Shown: in pieces, positions 1 to 10,388 of the stretch
How positions within the stretch are numbered: the first letter of the stretch is position 1
Layout: each line of letters starts with the position of its first letter
Assembly: GCA_038143065.1 (NCBI GenBank)
Contig: JAYQLI010000008.1
Coordinates: 1-29,898 of the forward strand
Length of the DNA stretch: 29,898 nt
Reading direction: 5' to 3'
From: Rhodospirillales bacterium
Lineage (GTDB): Bacteria; Pseudomonadota; Alphaproteobacteria; Bin95
Position numbers and translations under genes: made by a program
Notes under the pieces: generated by a model
What the model was told of the DNA's origin: nothing
The model's input: only the letters and a program-made list of their open reading frames with translations
Databases searched by the model: none

Positions 1-13
1 TTTCAGGCTTAAA

Positions 14-95
14 CACCGTGTCTTAAACCTATTGGGAGAACAAAGTCTTTGGTCTTTGGATTTCTTCTAATCAAAAACGCAGTTTGGTATCCTTG
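14..95 (+). repeat. Imperfect direct repeat, copy A (partner 881-963)
   Basis: Manual alignment to 881-963 gives about 68/83 identical positions with one gap. Confidence 0.9.
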
Positions 96-161
96 AAGAT
101 GTTTTGATCCTCAATAATGAAATTGAAACGAGCAGGTGGCGTCCTGCTCGCTCTTTTTCTT

Positions 162-624
162 CTAATTTGTGGGTGTGAACGTGTATACTGTGCCGTTTTC
201 ACCAGCTTGGATAGTTGTTTTTCCAATCCAACTGGCTCCAACATATGCGGCCCATTTGCCAGTTGCTGCAATGCTCGTAATCATAGCTGAACCATCTGGT
301 TGAAACGCCCCAGTATTGAGCGTTACGTCACCGTCTGGATCTACTGATCTGCATACAAACGTTCCGCCAATAGGCTGCGGTGTGGCTCCAAATGCGATGT
401 ATTGGTTGCATGTAGCGGTCGATGCTGCTGGAAACCCTTCTGGTGGATTGTCCCAAATCCATACATCCTGAGTAGTCTGCATAACTAGACCGCCAGTCTT
501 TTCCCTCCATGACATGGGTATCAATTGTAACTCCAGTTCCATGTCCGCCTAAGCTTCCATGTCCACCTGCAAATACCAACGCAGGAAAGCATGTTAATAG
601 TGCCGCAGTAGCTAAATTCTTCAC
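162..624 (-). CDS. Secreted hypothetical protein (one frameshift near 500)
   Basis: GTG at 624 after a GGGAGA RBS. Signal-peptide-like MKNLATAALLTCFPALVFA (ORF 328-681 frame) continues in the ORF 162-542 frame (GGLVMQTTQDVWIWDN...YTFTPTN). Confidence 0.65.
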
Positions 625-880
625 GTTCCATCTCCCTATTTGAAGTAACCGAATTGCAACCCTTATCCAAGAAGCCGTCAATATTTACGTTGCGGGAATT
701 TGATCTCGCCATAGTCCACTTGATAAGGATGCCCTTTAATTGAGCAAAGTAGATATTGAGGTCAAAAATTAGGTAAACGCCCTCAGGGTGTTATTGTAGG
801 CATGAGAGATGCATCGGTGTTCCGAAGTCGCTTGAGTTAGCTGCTGATTGTAAAACTGTGTTTGCGCTATTGAATGCCAC

Positions 881-963
881 CACTGTGTCTTAACCCTAGT
901 GAATGAACAGAAGTCTTTGCTGTTTGGATTTCTCCCAATCAAAAACACACTTTGGTAGACTTG
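881..963 (+). repeat. Imperfect direct repeat, copy B, upstream of the integrase (candidate att arm)
   Basis: About 82% identical to 14-95 and ends about 40 bp before the integrase start. Confidence 0.9.
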
Positions 964-1002
964 TCGGTGTTGCGAGCCATGTAATTTGGTAAGGAGATTG
1001 GC

Positions 1003-2236
1003 GTGCGACACTTGCGAGATGATACTGTTTTGATCTTGGATGGTGAAGTTCGTGTGTATCGCCGCGAACGTAGTCGTAGATGGCAGGCTGCATTTAGCAT
1101 TGATGGCAAAGCTATACGGATCAGCACTGGGAAAAGATCTGGATGAAGCCAAAGAAATCGCCCGTGACACCTACCTAGAATATAAGTTCCGACACAAGAA
1201 TGATCTCCCTGTGATTACCAAGAAGTTTGCAGATGTAGCGCGACTTGCTATTGCTGATATGCGCAAGCAGTTGGACGCGGGCTTGGGCAAGAAAGTCTAT
1301 GCAGATTACATCGTTTGCATCGAGCGCTACCTCATTCCCTATTTTGGCTCACAGTACGTAACCTCTGTTGATTATGAGAAGGTGCAAAGCTTCTATGAGT
1401 GGCGCAGAGCAAAGATGGGTAGGGAGCCCAAAGCAAGTACGCTCAACACACATAACTCTGCGATGAACCGCGTGTTTGATGAAGCTGTGGCACGGGGGTT
1501 TCTGGCACATAAGAACGTTCCAATGCTTGTGAACAAAGGTGAGAAGAGCGAACGGCGCCCAGATTTTACGCGCGAAGAATACGCAACCATGATCCGCAAA
1601 CTACCGCACTGGATCAAACAGGGCAAGGCTGGGCAAACCCACCGACATGCGATATCTCATGCGGGATTATGTGCTCATATTGGCCAACACGGGTATGCGC
1701 CATGGGACTGAAGCGCTTAACCTAAACTGGAAACACATCACGCTGTTTGAGGAAAATGATCTTCAATACCTTGAAATGAGTGTGAGAGGGAAAACGGGCA
1801 GGCGGGATATCATCTGCCGTAGCGGAACCATCAACTATCTAAAACGCATTCATGAGCGGGCAGAGGACCTGAATCACATGAGCTTCGAGCAGCTCCTAAA
1901 GAGCGCGTAGATCTGCCAGTATTTAGACTGCCCGATGGGACCGTGAGTAAAAACATCCACCAGACCTTCCGCGCATTCATGAAAGAGAGCGAGCTGATCA
2001 AATGCCCACGCACAGGCCTTAACAGAACGCTCTACAGCCTGCGCCATACTTACGCGACATTTGCATTAATCAACGATGGAATGGATATACATGCACTGGC
2101 CATACAGATGGGCACAAGCATTGGCATGATTGAACGCCACTACAGCCATCTTACACCAAGGCTTAAGAAAGACATGCTCACGGGCAAACGATATGAACTC
2201 AGCAGAGCCGAGTATCAGGAAAAGGCTTTAAAATGA
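1003..2236 (+). CDS. Tyrosine recombinase / phage-type integrase (frameshifts near 1135, 1640, 1905)
   Basis: AAGGAG RBS then GTG. Arm-binding-like N-terminus VRVYRRERSRRWQAAF...RISTG. Catalytic motifs NTGMR, GKTG, YSLRHTYAT and MGTSIGMIERHY lie across ORFs 1040-1711, 1647-1910 and 1943-2236. Confidence 0.92.
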
Positions 2237-2781
2237 ACGACACGGTTGATGCCTCATCTAAATACCAACACAGCCTTCAATCTCATCAGATGCGATAATG
2301 GAACAGCTGGATAATTGGGCGATTGCGTACACACGCGCTGATCATGTGCCTCTAAGGACCGTAGAAGATTCCAAGAAGGTTCAAGGGCAATTCTTATCTT
2401 CTGAACAGGGTGGAGGTCATATTAAAAATCTCTATTTGCGAGATAATAAAAAAGCGCAACGTGCTTTTAGTCGCCGAGCAGGATAGACAGATAGATCTCA
2501 AAACTCTGAATGCGAAACTGGGAACTGGGCGGGCTTTCTTTTGGCTCTGCCGAACGCCTAATGGAAAACCTAGGTGTTCGACCTGGGCTGTCACACCGCT
2601 TGCCATGATTAATGGTGCTGGAACGGGAGTTCAGCTGTTCATTGATAGTGGATTAAAAAGCTGCCAGCAGATCTATGTGCACCCTTTGGTTAATGATCGT
2701 ACATTGGGCATCACGTTGGAAGGCTTGCAGGTGTTCTTCGAAAAAATCAAAGTAGACCCTGTTTGGGTAGATTTAGAGTAA
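2233..2781 (+). CDS. YbaK/ProXp-ala (PrdX-like) aminoacyl-tRNA deacylase (frameshifted)
   Basis: Motifs HVPLRTVED, HIKNLYLRDNKK, GRLSFGSAERL..LGVRPGAVTPLA and HPLVNDRT. Start overlaps the integrase stop (ATGA). Confidence 0.85.
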
Positions 2782-2848
2782 TTCCTCCGCCTGACATAGC
2801 TGATAACAGTGCACATCAATAGATCACTGCTTAAATGATAAAATATTA

Positions 2849-2907
2849 CAAAGCTGACCTTCGGGGCTGAAGACGTAAATGTCTGCTATGCGGACAAAGC
2901 GTAATTT
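2849..2907. repeat. Array of 13-bp imperfect inverted elements (R-16-L-4-R), candidate recombination site
   Basis: CAAAGCTGACCTT (2849-2861), 16 nt, AATGTCTGCTATG (2878-2890), 4 nt, CAAAGCGTAATTT (2895-2907). The first pair is 10/13 complementary. Confidence 0.55.
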
Positions 2908-3009
2908 TGCGCCTACTTAATAAGTTGCTAACTTCCAGTCCTAATAACGTTTTAATTTCAAAAAAAGGCGCCGAAGCAATACGCAGCCATTGGCAAAAAA
3001 TATTTGCAA

Positions 3010-3903
3010 TTAAGTCGCCTGGATAATGCTTTTTCTGACGGTTTCAACGAACCTTTTAACAGTCTCGGAGTTACCCGACTTTCGAAATGCCACATATAAA
3101 TCGATCAGGTTTTCGGAGGGTTCAAAGGGGACGAAAGAGATCCCAGGCGGTGCAATATTCTTGACCCAGGCTGGTGCCAAGGCGATTCCTAGCCCATGGG
3201 CGACAAACTGCAGCAGGGTGGATTTGTCAATAATCTCACAAACTATATTTGGCTGGGCACCAATTTTTCGAAAACCACTCCACAAAGCCTCGTGCAGGAT
3301 TGGTCGCGCGTGCTTAGGGTAACCCACGATTGGTTGATCCGCGATGTCTGCTATGGACAGGGATACCGATCTTGAAAGAGGATCGTCTCGGCAAGGACCA
3401 CTACGATGGGTTGACGATGCAAAAGTTCGCTGGAAATAAAGTCATCTTCTAGGCGCGTCCGTACGAAGGCCACATCAGTTCTATGGGCAATCAACTCGTG
3501 GGAATGTTGTTCGGATGACGATATTTCCAGAACCTGTACATGCACCTTAAAATCGGTCTGCCGAAATGTTAGTAGAACCTGCGGTAGTAACATCGAAATT
3601 GCCTCATCAACACCGCTTACGCGAATGTGGTGAAGGTCCGACTCGGCGGTGTGGCGAACATTGGAAACCGATTTATCAATATCGGTCAGGATCCTTTTTG
3701 CATCTTGTGCAAATTCAGATCCGGCTTGGGTCAGACTGACTTGTCGAGTAGTTCTAAAAAACAGTCGGGCGCCCAGTTCGTGTTCCAACGAAGAAACCCG
3801 TTCAGAGAGAGCGGATTGGCTTAGCCCCTAGGCGTTCGCTTGCTTTCCTGAAATGAAGTTCTTCGGCGACAGCGATGAAACACTCCAGTTGTCTTATGTC
3901 CAA
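3010..3903 (-). CDS. LysR-family transcriptional regulator (frameshifts near 3830 and 3370)
   Basis: TTG start. MDIRQLECFIAVAEELHFRKASERLG..SQSALSERVSSLEHELGARLFFRTTRQVSLTQAG HTH; C-terminal VAHGLGIALAP. Confidence 0.92.
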
Positions 3904-3922
3904 TCCAATATCCTCTGCAGGT

Positions 3923-4543
3923 TCATTTTATAACGCTTATCCGCATTTTTTCATCCAATCCAGTCTCAAATTCGCGGATTGCAGAAGCGTAGCTCAACGT
4001 GTCAAGCGTATCGTCGCGGCCTCGGATCAGCGCTATTCGCGTGGCATCATCCATCTCGAACGGCACCGAACTTTCACCTGCGGCAATCATACGGCGCTCA
4101 AGGTTTATGGAAATCTCTGCGCCGCTTTGATTATCCGAAAATTGTAAAAGTAAGTCTCGCACTTCAGGAGATACGACCGGCAAAGCAAGACCATTTTTAC
4201 GCGCATTATCATAAAATATCCCAGCGAACCCTGTTCCTATACAGGCATCAATCTTCAATTGGCGCATTCCCCAGACGGCATGTTCTCGGCTTGAACCGCA
4301 TCCAAAATTATCTCCGACAACTAAGATTGTTGCTTGCGTCCAAGGCGTTTTATTTAGAATAAATTCTTGCCGCTTTTGGCCAGCTGCGTCAAAGCGCAGA
4401 TCGGCAAAGGTACCATCTGCCAAGCCTTCGCGGCTGATTGTAATCAAAAACCGTTTCGGCATGATCACATCCGTATCAACATTCGCCAGTGGCAAGGGGG
4501 CGGCGATTCCTTTAATAGTTTTTATCATTGGTTTGTCTTTCAC
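3923..4543 (-). CDS. leuD: 3-isopropylmalate dehydratase small subunit-like (LeuD paralog)
   Basis: Motifs NVDTDVIMPK, NFGCGSSREHAVW and FAGIFYDNARKNG. 4-bp overlap with the large subunit gene. Confidence 0.9.
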   Translation of the reverse strand: MKDKPMIKTIKGIAAPLPLANVDTDVIMPKRFLITISREGLADGTFADLRFDAAGQKRQEFILNKTPWTQATILVVGDNFGCGSSREHAVWGMRQLKIDACIGTGFAGIFYDNARKNGLALPVVSPEVRDLLLQFSDNQSGAEISINLERRMIAAGESSVPFEMDDATRIALIRGRDDTLDTLSYASAIREFETGLDEKMRISVIK

Positions 4544-5919
4544 TCAAAATCTCGTATGTCAGCCAGATGCCCACAAACGGCTGCTGCAGCGACCATTGCG
4601 GGTGACATTAGATGGGTGCGTGCGCCTCGGCCCTGCCGCCCTTCAAAATTCCGGTTAGTCGATGAAGCTACCCGTTCCCCCTCCATAGCAATATCGTCAT
4701 TCATCGCTAGACACATCGAACAGCCCGCCTCAGGGCGCCAATCAACCCCTGCGGTCTCGAAAATGGTGCGAAGGCCTTCGGATTCCGCCTTTAGGCGTGT
4801 CATGGCGGACCCAGGAACTACGATAGCTTCAACCCCCTCAGCCACTTGCCGGCCTTCCAATATTTTGGCTGCCTCTCGTAGATCTTCGATACGACTATTG
4901 GTACACGAGCCGATAAAGGCCGTGTCGATTTTGATCGATTGGGCCGCTTGCCCTTCTGTCAGCCCCATATACTGCAATGCGCGCTGCAGTGCCGCCTTAG
5001 CTTTGGGAGAGACGTAATCGAGAGCAGAAGGTACGTTCGCTGTTATCGGTACTGATTGGTCTGGACTGGTGCCCCAAGTGATCAAAGGCTCGATATCGGC
5101 CCCTGAAACGGTAACTTCCTTGTCAAATATGGCTCCGGAATCGCTGACCCAGTCTTCACCGCTAAATGCAAATTGACCGCTGTGCGGGTATCCTGTCAGC
5201 GCCGCTTCGGTGGTTTCATCTGCTGCGATTAAAGCCGCGCGGGCGCCCAGCTCGACTGCCATATTGCACACGGTCATACGGCCGGCCATATCAAGACCGA
5301 CAATAGCTGAGCCTGCAAACTCAACAGCAAAGCCGTTGGCTCCACCTGCACCCACGACTTGGACCACCTTCATTATGATGTCTTTTGCCGTGACGCCTGG
5401 TGCTGTAGTGCCTTCGACCGTAACGCGCATTGTCTTCATACGCTTATATCGTAGCGTTTGCGTTGCCAAAACATGTTCAACTTCAGAAGTACCAATGCCA
5501 AACCCCAAAGCCCCGAAGGCTCCATAGGTTGTTGTGTGGCTATCGCCGCATGCTATCAGCATGCCTGGCGCGACCAAGCCCTGCTCTGGAACTATAACAT
5601 GCTCAATGCCTTGGCGGGGATCACCCAAACCGTAAAATGCGATTTGATGCTTGGTACAGTTTTTTTCCAAATTATCGATCAGCAGCTTTGATTGTGCATC
5701 CGGTGCTTCGACACTGCGGGTGGCGTTAACATGATCGACCACGGCCAGATGTGCCTCCGGACGCCAGACCTTTAACCCCTTACTTTCCATACCAGAAAAC
5801 GCCTGCGGACTGGTATATTCATTCATGATGTGAAAATCGACATAAATCAGCATATCGCCATCGGGCAGATCACAAACCTTATGGTTATCCACCAGTTTAT
5901 CGTAGAGCGTGCGGGTCAT
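4540..5919 (-). CDS. leuC: 3-isopropylmalate dehydratase large subunit-like [4Fe-4S] hydro-lyase (LeuC paralog)
   Basis: TLYDK, TSPQAF, CGDSHTTTYGAFGALGFGIGTSEVEHVLATQ, cluster cysteines in IGSCTN and AGCSMCLAMN, STNRNFEGRQG. Confidence 0.93.
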   Translation of the reverse strand: MTRTLYDKLVDNHKVCDLPDGDMLIYVDFHIMNEYTSPQAFSGMESKGLKVWRPEAHLAVVDHVNATRSVEAPDAQSKLLIDNLEKNCTKHQIAFYGLGDPRQGIEHVIVPEQGLVAPGMLIACGDSHTTTYGAFGALGFGIGTSEVEHVLATQTLRYKRMKTMRVTVEGTTAPGVTAKDIIMKVVQVVGAGGANGFAVEFAGSAIVGLDMAGRMTVCNMAVELGARAALIAADETTEAALTGYPHSGQFAFSGEDWVSDSGAIFDKEVTVSGADIEPLITWGTSPDQSVPITANVPSALDYVSPKAKAALQRALQYMGLTEGQAAQSIKIDTAFIGSCTNSRIEDLREAAKILEGRQVAEGVEAIVVPGSAMTRLKAESEGLRTIFETAGVDWRPEAGCSMCLAMNDDIAMEGERVASSTNRNFEGRQGRGARTHLMSPAMVAAAAVCGHLADIRDFE

Positions 5920-5932
5920 TGAGCAGTTTCCT

Positions 5933-6824
5933 TCATATGGATCGGATTGCGGAAAAGAAGTCAGACATGCGCTCTGCTATGTCTTCAGGGCTCTCTTCAG
6001 CCATATAGTGAGAGGTATCGAGCGCCTCGCCCTCAACCTTTTCTGCCCGCTGCCGCCAGAGGCTAAGTGCGTCAAAGCATGTTTCGATTACTCCGCGTTT
6101 TGCCCAGAGCGTCAAGAGTGGCATGTCGAGTTTTCGTTCCCTGATCTGCGTTATCATGTTCAATATCGATGCTCGCGGCGGCACGGTAGTCTTCGCAGCT
6201 TGCATGAATGACCTCGGGGTTCGCGAAGGCGCTCAGGTATTCAGTCAGAGCTTCGCAGGAAAACGGGTTTTTTGCCCTTTGCCTGTTTAAAGCATTTCAT
6301 CTTCCAGAACGTTTCGGGATCTGCTCCGATCATTTTTTCGGGCAGCGGGTCTGGCTGTGTCAGAAAAACCAGTGCCAGTAAGCCCGCGCAAATTCGACGC
6401 TAGTATTGGCATACATTTCGCGGGTAGGTGCGATGTCAAGCAAAGTCATGGCAGCAACACGATCAGGATGATCCAAACCCATCCGATGCGCCACCCGCGC
6501 CCCCCGATCATGGGCGCCAACCAGAAACCGTTCATGACCCAAATACCGCATCACAGCGACAACATCATTGGCCATAGCACGTTTTGAATAGGGCTGATGC
6601 GATGCATTTGACGCTGGTTTATCTGATTGACCATATCCGCGTAAATCGGGACAGACGATTTGATAAGAGCGTGCCAGAATTGGTGCCACACCGTGCCACA
6701 TAGCAGATGTCTGCGGATAACCGTGAAGAAGAACAAGCGGAGGTGCATCTTGAGGTCCAGCGCGGCGAACAAACAAAGTCGCACCGTCTCCTTCGATACG
6801 CTCGCGCACGAAACCCTCAAACAT
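5933..6824 (-). CDS. Alpha/beta hydrolase, fluoroacetate/haloacetate dehalogenase type (frameshifted)
   Basis: LLHGYPQT, PDLRGYG, YSKRAMA, GAHDRGARV, LLDIAPT, YWHWFF, CEDYRA (read in an intermediate frame near 6180-6197) and SHYMAEE. Confidence 0.88.
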
Positions 6825-7006
6825 TTTGAACTCCTTGGGTATGTTTAACTTTTATCCATTATTTCAGATTAAACCTGAATATTTAATCGTAAAAACTGAA
6901 CAGTTTTGCCGACTAATTCTTGCGTCAATCCCATGTAGTCTTTTTCAACAGAAGCCGCGCCAGAAGAAATCAGGGAACGCGGTAAAAAGAACCAAAGGAG
7001 GATATC

Positions 7007-7999
7007 ATGAAATTTCTGTTGAACACCGCATTATCTCTTACGTGTGCATTAGGTGCCACATCCGCGTTTGCCGCCTGCGATACAGGCGAAACCGTTATTA
7101 AATTTAGCCATGTTACCAACACTGACAAACATCCAAAGGGAATAGCAGCCACGTTGCTAGAGCAGCGCGTCAATGATGAGATGAACGGCAAGGCCTGTAT
7201 GGAGGTTTTTCCAAATTCAACCCTTTATGACGATAATAAAGTTCTTGAAGCATTGCTTCAGAATGATGTGCAGCTAGCAGCGCCTTCGCTGTCAAAGTTT
7301 GAGAAGTTCACCAAACAGTTCCGTATCTTTGACTTGCCTTTCATGTTCGAGAACATCGAAGCCGTCGATGCATTCCAAGGCTCTGATGCTGGGCAGGCTT
7401 TGCTAGACAGTATGCAAAAGCGTGGTCTTCAAGGTTTGACATTCTGGCATAACGGTATGAAACAAATGTCTGCTAATGTACCGTTGATGTCACCAGCAGA
7501 CGCTAATGGTCTTAAATTCCGTGTGATGTCGTCAGACGTTTTGGTTGCCCAAATGGAAGCACTCGGAGGAGCTCCACAAAAAATGGCCTTCTCTGAAGTC
7601 TATGGTGGGTTACAGCAAGGTGTCGTTGATGGGCAAGAAAACACGTGGTCAAACATTTATGGTAAGAAGTTTTTCGAAGTACAGGACGGTATCACGGAAA
7701 CCAACCACGGTATTATTGACTATCTGGTTGTGACCAGTGTTGATTGGCTTGATAGCCTGGAAGCCGATGTCCGCGACCAGTTTTTAACGATCTTGAACGA
7801 GGTAACTGAGCTTCGCAATGCTCAATCCTTTGCTGTAAACCAAGCCAACCGGCAAGCTATAATTGAGGCGGGCAGCACAGTTCGGACTCTAACGCCTGAA
7901 GAGCGTCAGGCATGGGTTGATGTTATGAAACCAGTCTGGGATCAATTCGCGGATGATGTTGGTCAGGACATGATCAACGCAGCACAATCCCTTAATTAA
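7007..7999 (+). CDS. dctP: TRAP transporter substrate-binding protein, C4-dicarboxylate type
   Basis: Signal peptide, IKFSHV, HPKG, VFPNSTLY, FDLPFMF, GLKFRV, FSEVYGGLQQGVVDGQEN; AAGGAGG RBS. Confidence 0.95.
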   Translation: MKFLLNTALSLTCALGATSAFAACDTGETVIKFSHVTNTDKHPKGIAATLLEQRVNDEMNGKACMEVFPNSTLYDDNKVLEALLQNDVQLAAPSLSKFEKFTKQFRIFDLPFMFENIEAVDAFQGSDAGQALLDSMQKRGLQGLTFWHNGMKQMSANVPLMSPADANGLKFRVMSSDVLVAQMEALGGAPQKMAFSEVYGGLQQGVVDGQENTWSNIYGKKFFEVQDGITETNHGIIDYLVVTSVDWLDSLEADVRDQFLTILNEVTELRNAQSFAVNQANRQAIIEAGSTVRTLTPEERQAWVDVMKPVWDQFADDVGQDMINAAQSLN

Positions 8000-8021
8000 A
8001 GTCACTTGATTCAACCTGTTC

Positions 8022-8042
8022 GGAGGCGTTTTAGACGCCTTC
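8022..8042 (+). terminator. Stem-loop after dctP (mRNA stabiliser or partial terminator)
   Basis: GGAGGCGT-TTTAG-ACGCCTTC, 8-bp stem with one G-U pair. Confidence 0.5.
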
Positions 8043-8065
8043 TAACATGCTTGGAAAGTTAAATT

Positions 8066-8731
8066 ATGAATCACTCAAAATCGTTTACCGATCGTATTGA
8101 GGAGACGTTGATCTCAGCCATTCTTGGCGTAATGACATTGATTACATTCGCCAACGTCGTGGCGCGGTATGGGTTCAACAAAAACATTCTTTGGGCTCTT
8201 GAGCTAACTGTCTTTCTCTTCGGTTGGTTGGTACTCCTCGGTGCCTCTTATGCCGTCAAAAAGGGTTCACATCTTGGTGTTGATATCGTCGTCAATATTC
8301 TAACTTCGAAATCACGCCGCGTCGTGGGTTTGGTTGCTGTGGCTGTATGCGTTGCCTTCAGCTTTCTAATGCTGAAAGGAGCTTGGGACTACTGGGCGAA
8401 TTTCGCCAATCTGCCGGGCACGGAGGGGCGTTGGTTTCCGCTCGGTTTTGAAGAAAAGTACCGCGACAAAGGATGGTACGAGGTCAATGACATCCCGCAT
8501 CCCGCCATATTAGGATGGATGGAAACGGTCTTCAATGAGGGCGAAGAATATGAGAAGATCCCACGCCTTTTGCCATATTTCGTTCTGCCATTGTCAATGG
8601 CGTTGATGCTTTTCCGGTTTCTACAAGCTGCATGGGCTCTCTGGGTCGGCGCGGCTGACCGTTTGGTGGCCAGTCATGAGGTTGAAGATGAAATCCAAGA
8701 TGCTCGTGAGCAGTTGAGAAAGAAATCCTGA
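8066..8731 (+). CDS. dctQ: TRAP transporter small permease
   Basis: IEETLI, FANVVARY, WALELTVFLFGWLVLLGASY, HLGVD; four hydrophobic segments. Confidence 0.93.
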   Translation: MNHSKSFTDRIEETLISAILGVMTLITFANVVARYGFNKNILWALELTVFLFGWLVLLGASYAVKKGSHLGVDIVVNILTSKSRRVVGLVAVAVCVAFSFLMLKGAWDYWANFANLPGTEGRWFPLGFEEKYRDKGWYEVNDIPHPAILGWMETVFNEGEEYEKIPRLLPYFVLPLSMALMLFRFLQAAWALWVGAADRLVASHEVEDEIQDAREQLRKKS

Positions 8732-10141
8732 TGGAAGTTGTTCTACTTTTTACCTTAGTCATCGGCATGCTGGTTATCGGTGTACCGATCGCGGTCGCAC
8801 TTGGCATGTCCTCCCTGCTGTTTTCTGCTAGCCTTTTCTGACAGTTCACTTGCATCAGTGGCCCAAACCCTGTTCAGCGCCTTCGAGGGCCACTATACGC
8901 TTCTTGCGATCCCGTTTTTTATTTTAGCCTCTTCGTTCATGACAACTGGCGGCGTTGCCCAGCGGATCATCCGGTTTTCAATTGCCTGTGTCGGACACTT
9001 GCCCGGTGGGCTGGCCATTGCCGGCGTTTTTGCCTGCATGCTGTTTGCAGCCCTGTCAGGTTCTTCACCAGCAACTGTCGTGGCAATTGGAACGATCGTT
9101 ATTGGAGGAATGATCCAAGTTGGCTATTCAAAGGATTTTGCTGCAGGTGTGATCTGCAATGCAGGTACGCTGGGAATTCTTATTCCGCCCTCTATCGTGA
9201 TGGTTGTCTATGCGGCTTCGGTGGAAGTTTCGGTTGGACGGATGTTTCTCGCTGGCGTCATCCCGGGGCTTTTGGCTGGCTTTATGCTTATGACCGCGAT
9301 TTATGTCATGGCAAAGGTGAAAAACTTACCCAAAGGCGAATGGCAAGGATGGAGAGAGGTTTTTGCCTCGGGACGCGAAGCCGGTTGGGGCCTTTTCTTA
9401 ATCGTGATTATCCTTGGCGGTATCTATGGCGGGGTATTCACCCCAACCGAAGCGGCCGCGGTTGCTGCGGTCTATGCATTCTTCATTGCCAACTTTATCT
9501 ACAAAGATATGGGTCCACTTGCCGAAAAAGGCCCGCGCGATCTTTCCGCTGCCTATGTAGAGGGTCCAAGAGGGACCACTTCTTTATGGCGTCAGCCTTG
9601 GGCGCTGGTGACAGCTTTCTTCCATCCCGATACAAAGCACACGCTGCTGGAAGCAGGCAAACTCACCGTTACGCTCTTATTTGTAATCGCAAACGCGCTC
9701 ATTCTTAAGCATGTTCTGACGGATGAACAAGTTCCACAACATGTGGCTAATGCAATGTTATCGGCGGGCTTCGGACCGGTTATGTTCCTTATCGTCGTGA
9801 ACATCATCCTGCTGATTGGTGGGCAGTTCATGGAGCCTTCAGGATTACTTGTGATTGTCGCTCCACTGGTCTTTCCAATTGCGATAGAACTGGGCATTGA
9901 TCCGATTCACCTCGGTATCATTATGGTTGTTAACATGGAAATTGGTATGATCACGCCACCGGTTGGGTTAAATTTATTTGTCACTTCAGGCGTTGCTGGC
10001 ATGCCAATGATGTCGGTCGTCAAGGCTGCGCTTCCATTCCTAGGCGTTCTTTTTGTTTTCTTGATCTTGGTAACCTACGTGCCTTGGATTTCGACCTTTC
10101 TACCCAACCTCATCATGGGGCCGGAAATCATTTTGAAGTAG
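8731..10141 (+). CDS. dctM: TRAP transporter large permease (frameshift near 8820)
   Basis: ATG overlaps the dctQ stop (TGATG). LLAIPFFILA, FAALSGSSPAT, GTLGILIPPSI, FTPTEAAA, EIGMITPPVGLNLFV. Confidence 0.95.
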
Positions 10142-10312
10142 TATTATTGGCCGAAACAGACTGGTGGCACCTGAAGAGGTGCTGCCTTGTTTTCTGCCGA
10201 ACTGAAGACGCTTCTCATTTAGCTTTTGACGGCTCAGGCCAATCACTATGTTCTGCACTTTTGAGGAAAGGATTTAGCCTCCCGCTTATTCCTTCAGTCG
10301 ACGCTTTGCAGC

Positions 10313-10373
10313 AACGGCTACTTTGGGCTCATTGCCAGTCATTTCGCTGCGCTTTGAATGAATGTCCGCTCTG
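10313..10373. repeat. Array of 13-bp imperfect inverted elements (L-4-R-17-L), candidate recombination site
   Basis: AACGGCTACTTTG (10313-10325), 4 nt, CATTGCCAGTCATT (10330-10343), 17 nt, AATGTCCGCTCTG (10361-10373; 11/13 identical to 2878-2890). Confidence 0.55.
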
Positions 10374-10388
10374 GTTAGCTCCTGCGTG

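Noticed and set aside
1003-2236. Programmed ribosomal frameshifting in the integrase or the putative activator
   Set aside because: It cannot be distinguished from the window-wide indel noise.
2993-3007. GCA-N9-TGC similar to the iol operator
   Set aside because: The spacer is 9 rather than 8, and it lies downstream of lysR, not in a promoter.
4367-5691. Plus-strand ORFs 4367-5017, 5210-5527 and 5458-5691
   Set aside because: Antisense to the well-supported leuC/leuD-like genes.
3923-5919. Housekeeping leucine biosynthesis operon
   Set aside because: No leuA or leuB, island location, catabolic neighbours and divergent motifs.
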